A DNA stretch of 64,000 bases from Candidatus Latescibacterota bacterium (GCA_965198115.1 OZ240241.1:2240001-2304000); one strand, 5' to 3'. Numbered from the stretch's first letter, positions 40,437 to 52,558 are shown. Made by a program: numbers and translations. The notes: a model not told the origin generated them from the letters alone.

Positions 40437-41822
40437 ATGGAAACGACTATGGCAAAAACTACACCCAACGTCATCCTCATCATGGCCGATGACCAAGGCT
40501 GGGGACAGACGGGCTACTACGACCACCCCATCTTGAAGACCCCCAACCTGGACGCGATGGAAAAGAATGGTCTGCGATTCGACCGCTTCTACGCCGGCGC
40601 GCCCGTCTGTTCTCCGACACGCGCATCCGTGATGACCGGTCGCTCGAACGATCGTTCAGGTGTGTTCAGCCACGGCTGTGCCATGTACCTTCAGGAACGA
40701 ACGATCGCCCAGGCCATGCAGAACGCCGGCTACACAACGGGTCACTTCGGCAAGTGGCACCTCAGCGGCTTTATGGGTCCTGGCGCACCCATCCTCGAAG
40801 AGAACCCCAGACATCCGGGCCACTTCGGCTTCGACCACTGGCTCTCGGTCACGAACTTCTTCGATCGGGACCCGCTCCTGAGCCGACTCGGCGCCTTCGA
40901 ACAGTTCGAAGGAGACTCCTCCGATGTCGCCATGGAACAGGCCATCAGCTTCATCCGTACTCAGCACGCAACCGGCAACCCGTTCTTCACCGTCGTTTGG
41001 TACGGTACACCGCACAGCCCCTGGATCGCGGGTGAAGAGGACAAGGTCGACTTCACCCACCTCAGCGACATCGAGCAGAATCACTACGGCGAATTGGTCG
41101 CCATGGACCGGAGTATTGGCACGCTGCGAAGCACTTTGAGAGAGCTGGCAATCGAGAACGACACGATCGTCTGGTTCAACAGCGACAATGGGGGACTCGA
41201 ACCATTCGGACCGGCCACCGTTGGCGGGCTCAGGGGCTGGAAAGGTACATTGTATGAAGGCGGCCTGCGCGTTCCCGCCATCATCGAGTGGCCGAACGGG
41301 ATTCCCGACCCACGGAGGACCTCCTACCCGGCCGGAACGATCGACATCTTCTCGACGATCATCGACATCTCTGGCATCGAGCCCTCCGTTCTCCTGCACC
41401 CGCAGGATGGAAGGAGCATCAAACCGCTCTTCACCGGCGAGATCGGCCCGAGGGACACCCCCATCCCCTTTCGATACAACGGTGGCGGCGCACTCATCGA
41501 CAACGACCTCAAAATCATCCTCGACGACGTCAATGGCGAGGACGTCCAGCTCTACAATCTGGCAGCCGATCCAGAGGAGACAACAGACCTCTCCGAATCG
41601 CAACCCGATGTAGCGTCGGCAATGAAGCAACAGTTCGACGAATGGAATCTCCAGGTCGAAGCCAGCCTCAGAGGCGAGGACTACACGGAAGGAACCATCA
41701 CCATTCCCAATCCCGAACGCCGCGACTAGATGCTCGACCCCTCCTACGCCCTACTCATTCCCGAGTGGAAGGACCGACCCGAATTCAGAACCCGCTGGGA
41801 AAGACTTCAGGATCCGAAGTAA
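40437..41822 (+). CDS. Sulfatase (S1), C-terminally truncated by an in-frame TAG at 41727-41729
   Basis: MADDQG, CSPTR formylglycine motif, GKWHL, SDNG; frame continues RRD*MLDPSY...EWKDRPEF to TAA at 41822. Confidence 0.88.
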
Positions 41823-41888
41823 TGCTGGGGACCAGAGCCATCATCCACGAACAGGTATTCATAAAGAGCCGTCAACCTGTGAGGAAGC

Positions 41889-43370
41889 ATGCCCGACAGT
41901 AAACCCAACATCATCTACATCCTCGCCGACGACATGGGCTACGGAGACACGGGGTGCAACAACCCCGACTCCAAAATCCCCACCCCCAACCTGGACCTCC
42001 TCGCGTCGCAAGGCATGCGATTCACCGACGCTCACGCCCCCTCCAGCGTCTGCACCCCGAGCCGATACGCCCTCCTCACCGGACGCTACTGCTGGCGAAC
42101 CCCTCTTAAGAATGGTGTCCTGTGGCCCTTCGACCCTCCCCTCATCGAGCCCGATCGCCTGACCGTGGCCGGGATGCTTCGTCAGCTCGGATACAGAACG
42201 GCCTGCATCGGAAAATGGCACCTTGGCTGGGAATGGGGGACCCACGACGGAAGGCCGGCGAACAGCGGAACCCAAATCGGCAGCCGGGACGCGGATAAAC
42301 GCCTGGCACTGGAACAGAACATCGACTACGAGCAGCCCATGCGAGGAGGACCCATAGACTGCGGGTTCGAACACTACTTCGGTGTTGACGTCCCCAACTT
42401 CCCACCCTACGCCTGGTTCGAACAGGATCGGTTGACTGATCAGCCGACTGAAGAAAAACCGGACGAGATGTTCGGCGCACCCGGGCGAATGGTCTCCGGC
42501 TGGAAGCTGGAAGAAATGATCCCTGAATTCGTTCGGCGAGCGGTCGACTACATCGAATCGTCGGGGCCCGATCCTTTCTTCCTTTATCTCCCCCTCACCT
42601 CACCCCACACACCCATCGTACCAAACGATGAATTCATCGGTCGGAGCGAATCCGGGCTCTACGGCGACTTCGTATGTGAAGTTGATTGGCTCGTGGGTGA
42701 AGTCATGGCAGTCCTGGAGCGCAAGGGGATCGCGGACGAGACGCTGCTCATCTTTACGAGCGACAATGGCCCCGAGTGCATCCAGGCCGCGGCCGGAGGA
42801 TGCTACGAGCAGATTCGGAGTTTCGGCCACTACAGCATGGCCCACCTGCGTGGTGTCAAACGCGACACCTGGGAGGGCGGCCATCGTATCCCCTTCATCG
42901 CTCGTTGGCCCGGTGTCACCCCACCCGGCACGGTGTGCGATCAGCTCACCATCCTCGGCGACCTCCTTGCCACCTGCGCCGAACTGAACGGCGTTGAGCT
43001 CGAGGGAGAAGAGGGCGAAGACAGCGTCAGCATCCTTTCGCTGCTCCAGGGCAGGATCGACACTCCCGTAAGGGACTTCGCCATCCACCACAGTGCCCAG
43101 GGCAACTTCGCCATCCGAAAGGGAAAATGGGTCTTCATCGACGCTCCCAGCGGCGATGACAATCGGGAGCCCGACTGGTTCAAGAAGAAACGGGGGTACA
43201 CACCACACGATCATCCCGGTGAGCTCTTCAACCTCGACGAAGATATCTCCGAACGACGTAACCTCTACGCCGAACACCCAGACGTTGTAGGGGAGCTGTC
43301 CCGAACCCTTGCTGACGTCAAGCCACCGGACGTATCGAATAGACCTTCTCCAGTGATCGAATCCGAGTGA
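41889..43370 (+). CDS. Arylsulfatase (S1)
   Basis: LADDMGYGD, CTPSR, GKWHLG, SDNG, WEGGHR. Confidence 0.93.
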   Translation: MPDSKPNIIYILADDMGYGDTGCNNPDSKIPTPNLDLLASQGMRFTDAHAPSSVCTPSRYALLTGRYCWRTPLKNGVLWPFDPPLIEPDRLTVAGMLRQLGYRTACIGKWHLGWEWGTHDGRPANSGTQIGSRDADKRLALEQNIDYEQPMRGGPIDCGFEHYFGVDVPNFPPYAWFEQDRLTDQPTEEKPDEMFGAPGRMVSGWKLEEMIPEFVRRAVDYIESSGPDPFFLYLPLTSPHTPIVPNDEFIGRSESGLYGDFVCEVDWLVGEVMAVLERKGIADETLLIFTSDNGPECIQAAAGGCYEQIRSFGHYSMAHLRGVKRDTWEGGHRIPFIARWPGVTPPGTVCDQLTILGDLLATCAELNGVELEGEEGEDSVSILSLLQGRIDTPVRDFAIHHSAQGNFAIRKGKWVFIDAPSGDDNREPDWFKKKRGYTPHDHPGELFNLDEDISERRNLYAEHPDVVGELSRTLADVKPPDVSNRPSPVIESE

Positions 43371-43437
43371 CGGTCCACACTGGATCTTTCGAAGCCTGAT
43401 CTCACGGAGCGAATCCAGATCGCATAAAGGACGATTT

Positions 43438-44591
43438 TTGCCGATGCCGCAAACACAGACCAAGCAGTTAAGTCAGGGACCCAAACACCACTGGTTCGCC
43501 TATCACGACAAGCTCCAGTTCGACCCGACTGGTCGTTACGTCCTGGGTATGGAAGTCGACTTCGAGCACCGCTCCCCAACTGCTGAAGATGTCATTACAG
43601 TCGGTATGATCAATCTCGAGGATGGGAATCGCTGGATCGAGCTGGGTAGGAGCTCTGCTTGGTGTTGGCAGCAGGGATGCATGCTCCAATGGATCCCTTG
43701 CTCGGATAACCTGGTGATTTGGAACGATCGCGAGGATGGGCAGTTTGTGTCACGCATCCTCGACACAACGACCGGGTCGAAACGGACGGTCCCCTTCTCC
43801 ATCTACACCATTGCCCCCGACGGCAAAACGGCATTCTCAACCGACTTCGCACGAAACAACGACACGCGCCCCGGCTACGGCTACCCGGGCATTCCCGATC
43901 CAAACCACGACACACTCGCACCCGACGATTCCGGCCTCTGGTGCGTCGATCTCGAGACGGGTGCACACGAACTGATCCTCACCCTTGCCGAAATCGCCGC
44001 TCTGCACTTTCCCCACGCAGACAACAGTCGGGCAAAGCACTGGTTCAACCATCTGCTCGTCGGTCCGGACGGTGCGCGTCTCGAATTCCTGCATCGATGG
44101 AGTGGAAACGGGAAGCGTGTCACGCGTATGCTGACCTGTGCGCCCGATGGAAGCGACCTGCGTATCGCCGACGACTGCGGCCTCACCTCTCACTTCATAT
44201 GGCTCGACAACCACCACATTCTTGCTTGGTCCAAAGCCCACTCCGAGCGCGGCGACTTCTGTCGTTTCGATGAACGGTCTGGCGATTTCCAACCCATCGG
44301 CAGCGACCTGATGACCGTCGACGGCCACGTCAACTGTCTCCCGAACGCCGAGTGGATCATCAACGACACCTACCGGACAGTGATCGAATCCGCAGCCTCT
44401 ATCTCTATCACCTGCCGACGGGTGACCGCATCGACGTCACTGGCCTTTACGCCCCTCCCCAATACGACGGCGAGTGGCGTTGCGACCTCCATCCCAGACT
44501 GAGCCCGGACGGAACCAGGATCACCGTCGACTCCGCCCACGAAGGCAACGGTCGCCAGATCTGCCTCATCGATGTAAGCGAGATTGTTTAG
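43438..44591 (+). pseudogene. TolB-like / oligogalacturonate-lyase-like beta-propeller, frameshifted near 44373
   Basis: AWCWQQGCMLQW, HWFNHLL, then NDTY|PD...RCDLHPRLSPDG in a shifted frame. Confidence 0.7.
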
Positions 44592-44597
44592 CCTCTA

Positions 44598-45764
44598 GTG
44601 TCACGTCCCAGGAATAACTAGAAAAATATTCGATTCTGTCGTATGGTTCCTCAAGCACTCATTCTTGGGAGGAACCGATGGCTAGAGGTCGTCCGTTACA
44701 GCCACTGAACATCAGTGATGAGGTCCACGATCAACTCGAGTCATTGTCTCGTTCGCGTAGCATGTCTCACGCTTTGGTGCGTCGCGCGAAGATCGTCTTG
44801 ATGAGCGATTGCGGTCTGACCAATCAGGAGATCGCGGAACGAGTCGGGTTGTCCGGAGCGTCTGTCGGCAAGTGGCGTCGTCGCTTCTGCGAGCAAGGCT
44901 TGATGGGACTGTATGACGAATTGCGTCCTGGAGGGCCACGGTCGGTCAGCGACGAAGAGATCTCCTCCCTCATCTACAAGACGCTCAAGAAGCAACCGAA
45001 GGGTGCCACCCACTGGGACCTGTCGTTCGATGGCCGACGAGACGGGGCTCTCCAAGTCCTCGGTTCAACGTGTATGGAAAGCTTTTGGACTGCAACCGCA
45101 TCGACAGAAGCACTTCAAACTGTCGAACGATCCCTTCTTCGTCGAGAAAGTCAGGGATATCGTCGGTCTATACCTGAACCCACCGGACAACGCGATGGTG
45201 CTCTGTGTAGACGAGAAGAGCCAGATTCAAGCACTCGAACGGACACAACCGATTCTTCCTTTGGGTCTCGGATACGTCGAGGGCGTCACTCACAGCTATA
45301 TCCGGAACGGCACGACCACCCTCTTTGCAGCGCTCAACATCGCATCCGGCAAAGTTCTGACTCAGTGCAAGCCCAGACACCGCAACAAAGAGTTCCTTCA
45401 GTTCCTCAAGCACATCGACAAGAACGTCCCAAAGGATCTCGACATCCATCTGGTCGTCGATAATTACGGCACGCACAAGCACCCGAACGTCAAGCGTTGG
45501 CTCGCCTCACGGAAACGATATCACGTGCACTACACACCAACATATGCCTCCTGGCTGAACCAGGTAGAGATCTGGTTCGGTATCATCACCCAAAGAGCCA
45601 TTCGACGAGGCACCTTCAGAAGCGTCAAGGACCTGATCGCCTGCATCAAGAAATTCACTGATCACTACAACGAGAATTCTACACCCTTCGTCTGGACCGC
45701 CACGGCAGATTCAATCCTCGAGAAAGTCCATAAACTTTTGAAGCTTATACGCGGGACGTGACAC
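44598..45764 (+). mobile_element. IS630-family insertion sequence
   Basis: IRs GTGTCACGTCCC / GGGACGTGACAC; TA duplication in a CTAG context at 44596-44597 and 45765-45766. Confidence 0.92.
44678..45761 (+). pseudogene. IS630 transposase with a +1 frameshift near 45015
   Basis: HTH ORF ending THW then TCRSMA...CVDEKSQIQAL, VDNYGTHK, SWLNQVE; extra G in CACTGGGACC. Confidence 0.85.
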
Positions 45765-45875
45765 TAGCGGTCGTGCACATATCAGGTCGACGACGATCTC
45801 AAGATGAAGGTTTTCCGACTCTGCCAGCTGTCGCCTTCGCCGAGCAGACATTCCTAGACCACCAGAGGATCTGAC

Positions 45876-46726
45876 GTGGCACCTCTAACGGACGAAGAAG
45901 CTCTAACCAAGCGTGATGAACTTGTCACGGACGGCTACACCTGTATCCCACGTGTCATGTCGCGGTCCCTGCTCGACAGACTGTGTGCCTGGTCTGATGA
46001 AATCTTCGATCGTGTAACCGTTAAACACAAGATCCGTTACCAGGGCAGCGACATCCTCGTCAGCACCGAACGAAACTGGTCGCCCGATCGTGAACCCGAG
46101 GATAACCGGTTTCCCGATCCCATCGCGGAAGAGATCATCGATCAACCCGATCAGCTTTCGGTTTGTCGTCAACTGGGCCTGGAAAACCTGGTGTCGGATG
46201 ACGTCGTCATCATCCTTTCCAAACCGGGCTATGGTCCCCCGCTCTACTGGTACCAGGACTTCATGAAATGGCAGAGCCCCGAAGCCGCCACGCCCTGGCC
46301 GACGCGGATCTTCCTCTCCTATTATCTGACTGACACCACGCGCGAGAACGGCTGTCTCCGGGTTATTCCCGGAAGCCACGGTAGACGCCACGAGCTTCAC
46401 GACACGCTGCCCGCTGCTCACGGCGAGGAAATCCAGGCCATCGACGATCTGTCTCATTCAGCCTTCGCAGACTACCCGGATGCCGTGACGTGCCGTTGAA
46501 CGCTGGCGATCTCGTCATCGCAGATGCCCGGATTCTCCACGCCGCGTGGCCCAATCAGACGGACCAGCGCCGCACCCTACTGCTAGCCTGGCACGATGTC
46601 TTATCCTTTCCTAACCCGCCCAGCTGGTGGACCGGCGACATTCCAGAGGTGGTTCGGAATGCGGATCCTGACGCGGAGTATGAACGATCGTCGGAAGACA
46701 GAACCCCGACCCACTTTTTGGAGTAG
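45876..46726 (+). pseudogene. PhyH-family dioxygenase, frameshifted, iron-ligand His apparently lost
   Basis: PPLYWYQDF where WHQD is expected; NGCLRVIPGSH; frameshift near 46487 to VPLNAGD...ILHAA. Confidence 0.8.
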
Positions 46727-46833
46727 AGCGTACGCACGTGTCCCTGGCTGTTCGCGAACTCTGGAACTGAACCGCTGATCGCAACCTACACCAAAAATCT
46801 GAGGACCGTTGACCACCGGCGGACGGTAGCGAC

Positions 46834-47379
46834 ATGACCACTGACTGGGAACCGCTTCTTCAGGGCACGGGGCTTGACGGATGGCGCGAAAGCGAAGGCG
46901 CGTGGAAGCCCGGTGAATGGTCACGGGACGGAACCGAACTGGTCGGCCACATGAGGGCCACAAGAAGGCACGACTAGTGATTGGGGATTCGAGCTGGAAG
47001 GACTACGAATACGCGCTCAAGGCGACGCTGGTCGAAGGCGAAGCGATGCAGATTCACTTCCGTGTGTCCGAAAACGGCAACACGTTCGGCCGACTTCTGG
47101 CCAGCTTGGCCCGAGGGAGAGGGTTCGGTACTCATCAGCCGGCGAGGACCGGATACGGGAGCGGTCGATCAACTCCGGAAAGTCGGGTTCGACTTCCAGA
47201 GGGGACGCGAATACGACATCCGAATCGCTGCCCGTGGACCGGAGCTGAGGATTTACGTGGATGGTGAGCTGATCAACGAACACACCCACGACGGCACCGA
47301 TCGCGGTGGAGTGGGACTGAATCTCTGGCATACGACGCACGCACGGTTCAGAGATCTCAGGATCAGGCATTTGGATTGA
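46834..47379 (+). pseudogene. DUF1080 / concanavalin-like domain protein with two frameshifts
   Basis: MTTDWEPLLQGTGLDGW...GDSSWKDYE...YVDGELI...GGVGL...ARFRDLRI spread over shifted frames. Confidence 0.7.
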
Positions 47380-47468
47380 ATAAATGTTGAGGAAAGATCC
47401 GGGAAGAGGTAGCATGACGGATCTATAAATCTGGCTGTCTCACTTCTCCCTCTTAAGGGTTTCGTGCC

Positions 47469-48537
47469 ATGAACCTAGGCTTCTTCACCATGCCCCTTCA
47501 CCCCCCGGGGGCCAATCTGACACAAACCATGGATGACAACATGGAGCAGATCGTCATCCTCGATGAGTTGGGCTACACCGAGGCCTGGGTCGGCGAACAC
47601 TTCACTTTTGAATGGGAGAACATCCCCTCCCCTGAGTTGTTCATTGCCAAAGCCCTGGGGCTGACCAAGAACATCGTCCTGGGAACGGGCGTCACGTGTA
47701 TGCCCATCCATAACCCGGCTTCGGTCGCTCATCGCATCGCCCAGCTCGATCACCTGGCGCACGGACGCTTCTACTGGGGCGTTGGCTCCAGTTCTGTCCC
47801 CGGGGACCGCGAGCTGTTCATGTTCGATGACGCGGGCGATAACCGGAGGAAGGCAACTCGAGAGGGTGTGGATGCCGTGCTCCAGATCTGGGAGAACCCC
47901 AAGCCCGGTTTATACGAGAGTGACTTCTGGCGCTACAAGATTCCGGAGCCGGTTGAGAAGATCGGCCTGAGACTTCACGTCAAGCCTTATCAGAAACCGC
48001 ATCCACCGATTGCGATGGGCGGCGTGTCTCCCAAGTCGGATACGTTGGTCCTGGCGGGTGAGCGTGGGTGGATCCCCATGAGCCTGAATCTCGTACATAA
48101 GGGAATCGTTCAGACCCACTGGGATGCAGTGGAAGAGGGAGCAGAAAGGGTCGGGCGTACGCCCGACCGGTCGATGTGGCGCATCGCGGGAGGTCTACGT
48201 GGCCGACACGACCGAGCGAGCGCGCAAGGAAGCCCTCGAAGGAACGCTTGGACGCGACTTCGATGAGTACTGGTTCAACCTGTTGCCTCTCGAGCGATTC
48301 AAGAAAGATCCGGACATGCCGGACGCAGACGTTACGACCGAATATCTACTGGACAATCTCTGGATCGTCGGCGGTCCGGACGATGTAGCAGATCAGCTGC
48401 GCCAGCTATACGAGGATGTGGGAGGATTCGGCGTGCTTCTGGCCATGGGCCACGAGTGGGCACCCAAAGACCAATGGCTCAACTCGATGACGCTTCTCAA
48501 GAACGAGGTTATGCCGAAGCTGGCTGACTTGAACTAG
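47469..48537 (+). pseudogene. LLM-class flavin-dependent monooxygenase, frameshifted near 48188
   Basis: LGFFTMPLHP, AWVGEH, PYQKPHPP, then IA|REVYVAD in a shifted frame. Confidence 0.85.
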
Positions 48538-48561
48538 TCCGTCGTTTTTCGCCTACACCCA

Positions 48562-48611
48562 TTCGCGGTCGGGAGAGAGCCTGCCCTGAGCGGGAGTCGA
48601 AGGGCTCCCAC
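48562..48611. repeat. REP-like element containing a CTGAGC..GTCGAAGG micro-unit
   Basis: TCGCGGTCGGGAGAGAGC[CTGCCCTGAGCGGGAGTCGAAGG]GCTCCCAC between convergent genes. Confidence 0.6.
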
Positions 48612-48630
48612 CGGTAATCGTTGTTCGAAC

Positions 48631-49449
48631 CTACGATGATGGCTTCGCCATGGATTCTGCCAGGATCGGATGCACGGGATGATCCCACGGGCCGCCAGGC
48701 TCCATTTCCTCCGCCGCTCCGGCAGCGTCATTCTTGCCCGTAAAGATCACGTAGTCAGGGATGTAGATAACGGCGAACGCCCGACGGGGCTGATCCGTCC
48801 GGTTCGGTCCAGCGTGATGAAAGTTGCAGCCGTTGTGGAACGTGACGCCGCCGGCTTCCATTTCGATCGCCACCGGTTCGGCCACGTCGTTTCCCCTGTC
48901 CTTCATCCTCGACACGATCGAATCATCGTCGGCACGCAGGTTGATAGGCTCTTGCGGTCCGAACTTGTGCGATCCCGGACAGAATTGGAGACACCCGTTC
49001 TCGACCGTCACGTCATCGACAGCAATCCACGCTGAAAGCGGACCGATCGGTTTCATCGACCAGTAAGGGAGATCCTGGTGCCAGTTGGTCTGTCTGCTCT
49101 CCTGTCCACCCGGCTTGACCATCGCATGATCGTGATAGATGCGAACGCTTTCTGACCTCGACAGCCGTCGCGCCGATTCCGCCATCCGTTCATCGAACGC
49201 AAACGCCTTGATAGCCGGGTAGTCGATCCACAGGTTAACCATCTGGTTGAAGACCCGCTCGTAGTCTTCGGAAACACGGCCCCCGCCTTCGGCGCCTAAA
49301 ATTCGATCTCGATTCGAGGCGATGGCGTCGTCAATCGTGGCACGGAGCGTCTTCATCTCATCAGCCGAGAAGAAGGCTCCGTATTGGATGAAGCCATTCT
49401 CCTGGTAAACTTCGACGTCCTCGGGTGTAACAGGTGAATCACTCAACAC
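48631..49449 (-). CDS. PhyH-family Fe/2OG dioxygenase
   Basis: NWHQD, NGCLQFCPGSH, FHHAGPN, RRA. Confidence 0.92.
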   Translation of the reverse strand: MLSDSPVTPEDVEVYQENGFIQYGAFFSADEMKTLRATIDDAIASNRDRILGAEGGGRVSEDYERVFNQMVNLWIDYPAIKAFAFDERMAESARRLSRSESVRIYHDHAMVKPGGQESRQTNWHQDLPYWSMKPIGPLSAWIAVDDVTVENGCLQFCPGSHKFGPQEPINLRADDDSIVSRMKDRGNDVAEPVAIEMEAGGVTFHNGCNFHHAGPNRTDQPRRAFAVIYIPDYVIFTGKNDAAGAAEEMEPGGPWDHPVHPILAESMAKPSS

Positions 49450-49488
49450 TGGTCTGCTCCAGGCTCCTATTACCCATTGTCCAACGAC

Positions 49489-49520
49489 TGGTCACCCTGA
49501 GCGGAGTCGAAGGGTGACCA
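49489..49520. repeat. REP-like hairpin carrying the same micro-unit
   Basis: TGGTCACCCT-GAGCGGAGTCGA-AGGGTGACCA; 10-bp perfect inverted repeat. Confidence 0.7.
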
Positions 49521-49591
49521 TCTCGCCGTGTCAACCGGTCATGGAAGTTGCGGCACCCACCAACCTTGGGTCGATTGAGGAGGAATACGTA

Positions 49592-50237
49592 ATGAGAATT
49601 GCATTGATCCTGCTTGCTACTCTGGCACTCACCATTTCAACCGCTGCTGCTGATCCAACCGGGCCCGAAAACGACTATGGCCGCAGCCGTCCGGGCGGTC
49701 TCAGAATTCCCTGGCAGTCATTGCTCGTGGACACCGGCCTTGAAGGCTGGAATGAAAGTGGATCCCCGTGGAAGCCAGGAGAGTGGACACGCGAAGGCGA
49801 CACGATCCGAGTCAGTTTCTCCGGTCGTGGAAAAACACGGATCACACAGGGCGACTCGACCTGGCAAAACTACGAGTTCTCCCTGCACCTGACGATCGAG
49901 GGAGGCACTGTCCAGCTCCCGTTCCGTCTATCGGAGGATGGGTTCTACTTCGTCGAATTCGACCACGCCTGGCAGACCATCAACGTCACCAAGCGAAACG
50001 AAAGTGGAAGAGGCGTCACCAAGCTCAGCGTCATCAACTTTCCCGTTGAATACGACCGCGAGTTACCACCTCATCATCTCCGCCCGCGGGCATTCGCTCA
50101 CCACCTACATCGACGGCAAGCTCGTCAACCAGACCACCGATGACACCTACGATAGAGGCGGCGTCGGCCTGGGAACGTGGTGGACCACCACGGCTGCCTT
50201 CCGAGATACCAAGATCCGCCACTACAGGTGGCCCTAG
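49592..50237 (+). pseudogene. Secreted DUF1080-like protein, frameshifted near 50063
   Basis: GAGGAGG RBS; signal peptide MRIALILLATLAL; WKPGEW and GDSTWQNYE shared with 46834; C-terminus YIDGKLV...GGVGL in a shifted frame. Confidence 0.72.
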
Positions 50238-50264
50238 GGTCGCTGCCCGAAGGCCGTCGTTGAA

Positions 50265-50288
50265 GCCTGTCCTGAGCGAACGTGAGGG
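50265..50288. repeat. Degenerate copy of the micro-unit
   Basis: GCCTGTCCTGAGCGAACGTGAGGG. Confidence 0.5.
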
Positions 50289-50436
50289 GTCCACCGTCTA
50301 CTGTCCAAAGGTTTCCGGTTCGCAGCTAGGAGGCTGCCCCTACCCTGGGGTTCTCTGCTTGTATTCGTGCCTTGGCGTCTTCGAGCCTTCGCGTCCAAAC
50401 TCCCCGGTCTGATCGGCATCTCGAATGCTCAAGGTT

Positions 50437-51627
50437 TCAAGCCACCGTCTGAAACGCCCCCCACTCCTCTCCCACCTCCGCGGCCTGCCGCTCCAACTCC
50501 CCACGTCGTCCCACGACATTCCCGGCCTTGATCTGTTGAACGTCCCAGCCCGCATAGCGATCCTCGAGCGTATCTCCAAGTATCTGCGTCCCCGCCCAGC
50601 GATCCCATGCCGTCTTCATCCACGCGTGAGGTAGAGCCTCTCTCACCTCCGGATCCAACTGCCACGCGTTCCGTGCGTCGGCGGTCGATGGTTCTTCGTC
50701 GGGCTCCGACCACTTCGACCAGCCAATCGACAGCGTGTTCCGCTCTCGATCGGGAACAGTGTGTCCGTTGTGGATTGTCGTCCCATTCCGGATCAGAGCC
50801 TCTCCGGGTTTGAGCCGGATCGCGACCACACCTAGCGGAGTGTCCTCACCGTTCCAACTCGGTGTGTGCGGAACACCCGCGTCCTTCATTTTCTGTGGAA
50901 GCAAGACGTCGTGTTCGTGGGCCGTTCGCCAGCGATCGTGGCTGCCTGGTATGAGCTCGTGACACTCGTCGTCGGTCAGCGCGAGGAACATGCTCACCCC
51001 GTTTCGTTCCGTGATGGACTCTGCGTTCTTCTCCCTGATCTCCTTCCACCTGATCCTCTCCACCTCCTCGGAATAGTCCTCGGGTGTATTTCCTCGGACC
51101 TCCCGCTGCGCGAGATAGGACTTCCCGGTTCCCCACCACGTGGTGTCTCGGTGCCAGCTCAACTGATTCTCCCGCTTCCGCGGATTGCACCACAGAAGCA
51201 GCCCACCCAAAACTGCCTCCTCCGGATTAAAACCGTCCACACACCACGCATCGACGAACCCGAGGAAGTCGTCCGATCCGTGAAACTCGGCAAAGCAGGA
51301 CTCGCCGAAAGCCGGATGGATGAGACCTCGAATCGCCCACGGCTCATTCCCCTTCTCACGATGTACGTAACCCCTCGAGCAATCGATCCTGTCATAACCG
51401 TTCTCAGGCGCACACGCCTCGGTTACGCGCCGCCCCGCCTCGCGCAGAACCGGGATCCACGGGTTGTCCACAAAGTCCGTGACGATGACGAAACCGTGTT
51501 CCTCCAGGTGCGCCAATCGCTCGGGTGTGGCTCCTGGCTCAGAAAGCTCGGGTTTGGAATCGGCAAATGCCGTCGAGCGATAAGATGGAACCGGCTCGGT
51601 ATCCGTAGATGGCTGTGGGTCGCTCAT
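50437..51627 (-). CDS. PhyH-like Fe/2OG dioxygenase
   Basis: LEEHGFVIV, SWHRD, LIPGSH, IHNGH; likely start MSDPQ after GAGGAG. Confidence 0.75.
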   Translation of the reverse strand: MSDPQPSTDTEPVPSYRSTAFADSKPELSEPGATPERLAHLEEHGFVIVTDFVDNPWIPVLREAGRRVTEACAPENGYDRIDCSRGYVHREKGNEPWAIRGLIHPAFGESCFAEFHGSDDFLGFVDAWCVDGFNPEEAVLGGLLLWCNPRKRENQLSWHRDTTWWGTGKSYLAQREVRGNTPEDYSEEVERIRWKEIREKNAESITERNGVSMFLALTDDECHELIPGSHDRWRTAHEHDVLLPQKMKDAGVPHTPSWNGEDTPLGVVAIRLKPGEALIRNGTTIHNGHTVPDRERNTLSIGWSKWSEPDEEPSTADARNAWQLDPEVREALPHAWMKTAWDRWAGTQILGDTLEDRYAGWDVQQIKAGNVVGRRGELERQAAEVGEEWGAFQTVA

Positions 51628-51701
51628 TCTCTCCTCATTCTGAAAAGTTCGTAAGGGCACAATTTATCTGTCATTGCTCGGCTTCGCCAGCTCTGCTGTT
51701 G

Positions 51702-51911
51702 TTATTCCTCGTTTCTCATCACGCCCAGTGCCACCCCCACCGCGGCGCCCAGAGAAATCCCGAGCGCAATACCTACTCCTACGTTACCGAAGGCGGCGCC
51801 AACGGCTGTGCCCACACTCACGCCCAATGCGACGCCGAAGGCTATCCCCAGCGTGTTACTCGCCGCCTCATCATCGAGTCTCTGCTCGCCGTTCGATTCG
51901 TTCGAGGACAC
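51702..51911 (-). CDS. Small Gly-zipper membrane protein
   Basis: LGIAFGVALGVSVG...GIALGISLGAAVG; co-oriented with the XRE gene. Confidence 0.6.
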   Translation of the reverse strand: MSSNESNGEQRLDDEAASNTLGIAFGVALGVSVGTAVGAAFGNVGVGIALGISLGAAVGVALGVMRNEE

Positions 51912-51947
51912 GTGTCCCTTCTTAGGTAAGGTCGAAGATTGTCGGCG

Positions 51948-52154
51948 CTACTGTTCCGAGGGCACCTCATCGAGAAAGATCTCTTCAATCGATGAATCGA
52001 ACAGCCGGGCGACTCTGAATGCCAGAGGCAAGCTGGGATCGAATTTGCCCTTTTCGATGGCATTGACCGTCTGCCGCGAAACCTCGAGTGCCGTCGCCAG
52101 GTCAGCCTGAGTCCAATCTCGTTCTGCGCGAAGTACCTTTAGTCGATTTTTCAT
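51948..52154 (-). CDS. XRE-family HTH transcriptional regulator
   Basis: MKNRLKVLRAERDWTQADLA...SRQTVNAIEKGKFDPSLPLA. Confidence 0.93.
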   Translation of the reverse strand: MKNRLKVLRAERDWTQADLATALEVSRQTVNAIEKGKFDPSLPLAFRVARLFDSSIEEIFLDEVPSEQ

Positions 52155-52558
52155 CGGAATCGAACCTGACCCACGATCACACCAGCCACGTAAGTAAAAA
52201 TCGTGAGCAAAATAATGTCCGAAATCTCCGGGTCGGTTAACAGCTTTGCGGTTTCGAGCAGCGAATAACTGACACTGCCGACCAACCCGACACCAAATGC
52301 CAGAGCCAGTGAATCGAGCTGAATCTTGCGCTGCAGTTCATCCAGCTCCCTCAGATATCGCACGAAGGTCACAATCAGTCCCAGACCGACGACCGCATTG
52401 ACGACGATCGCCAGAATCGACATCCAGACAGAAGTAAACCATTCGTAGAGCTCGGCTTTGTCAGCCAACACCATCGTCCCCATCCACGCCAATGTCCAGC
52501 AAACGATACGAACGCTGTTCCTGATATTTCACGCTTCCCAGTCGGTCGAGTTATCCAT
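52151..52558 (-). pseudogene. Membrane protein with an in-frame TGA at codon 10
   Basis: AAGGAGG RBS; MDNSTDWEA*NIRNSVRIV...LDELQRKIQLDSLA; TGA at 52529-52531. Confidence 0.75.

Noticed and set aside
44990-45040. Programmed frameshift in the IS630 transposase
   Set aside because: No A-rich slippery site at the junction; a single extra G in a short run fits mutation or sequencing error.
7668-52531. Stop-codon reassignment or selenocysteine suggested by several in-frame stops
   Set aside because: All three stop types occur, they appear to replace different residues (likely G, L, Y, W, R), normal genes end with all three codons, and no SECIS-like element was evident. Nonsense mutation is simpler.
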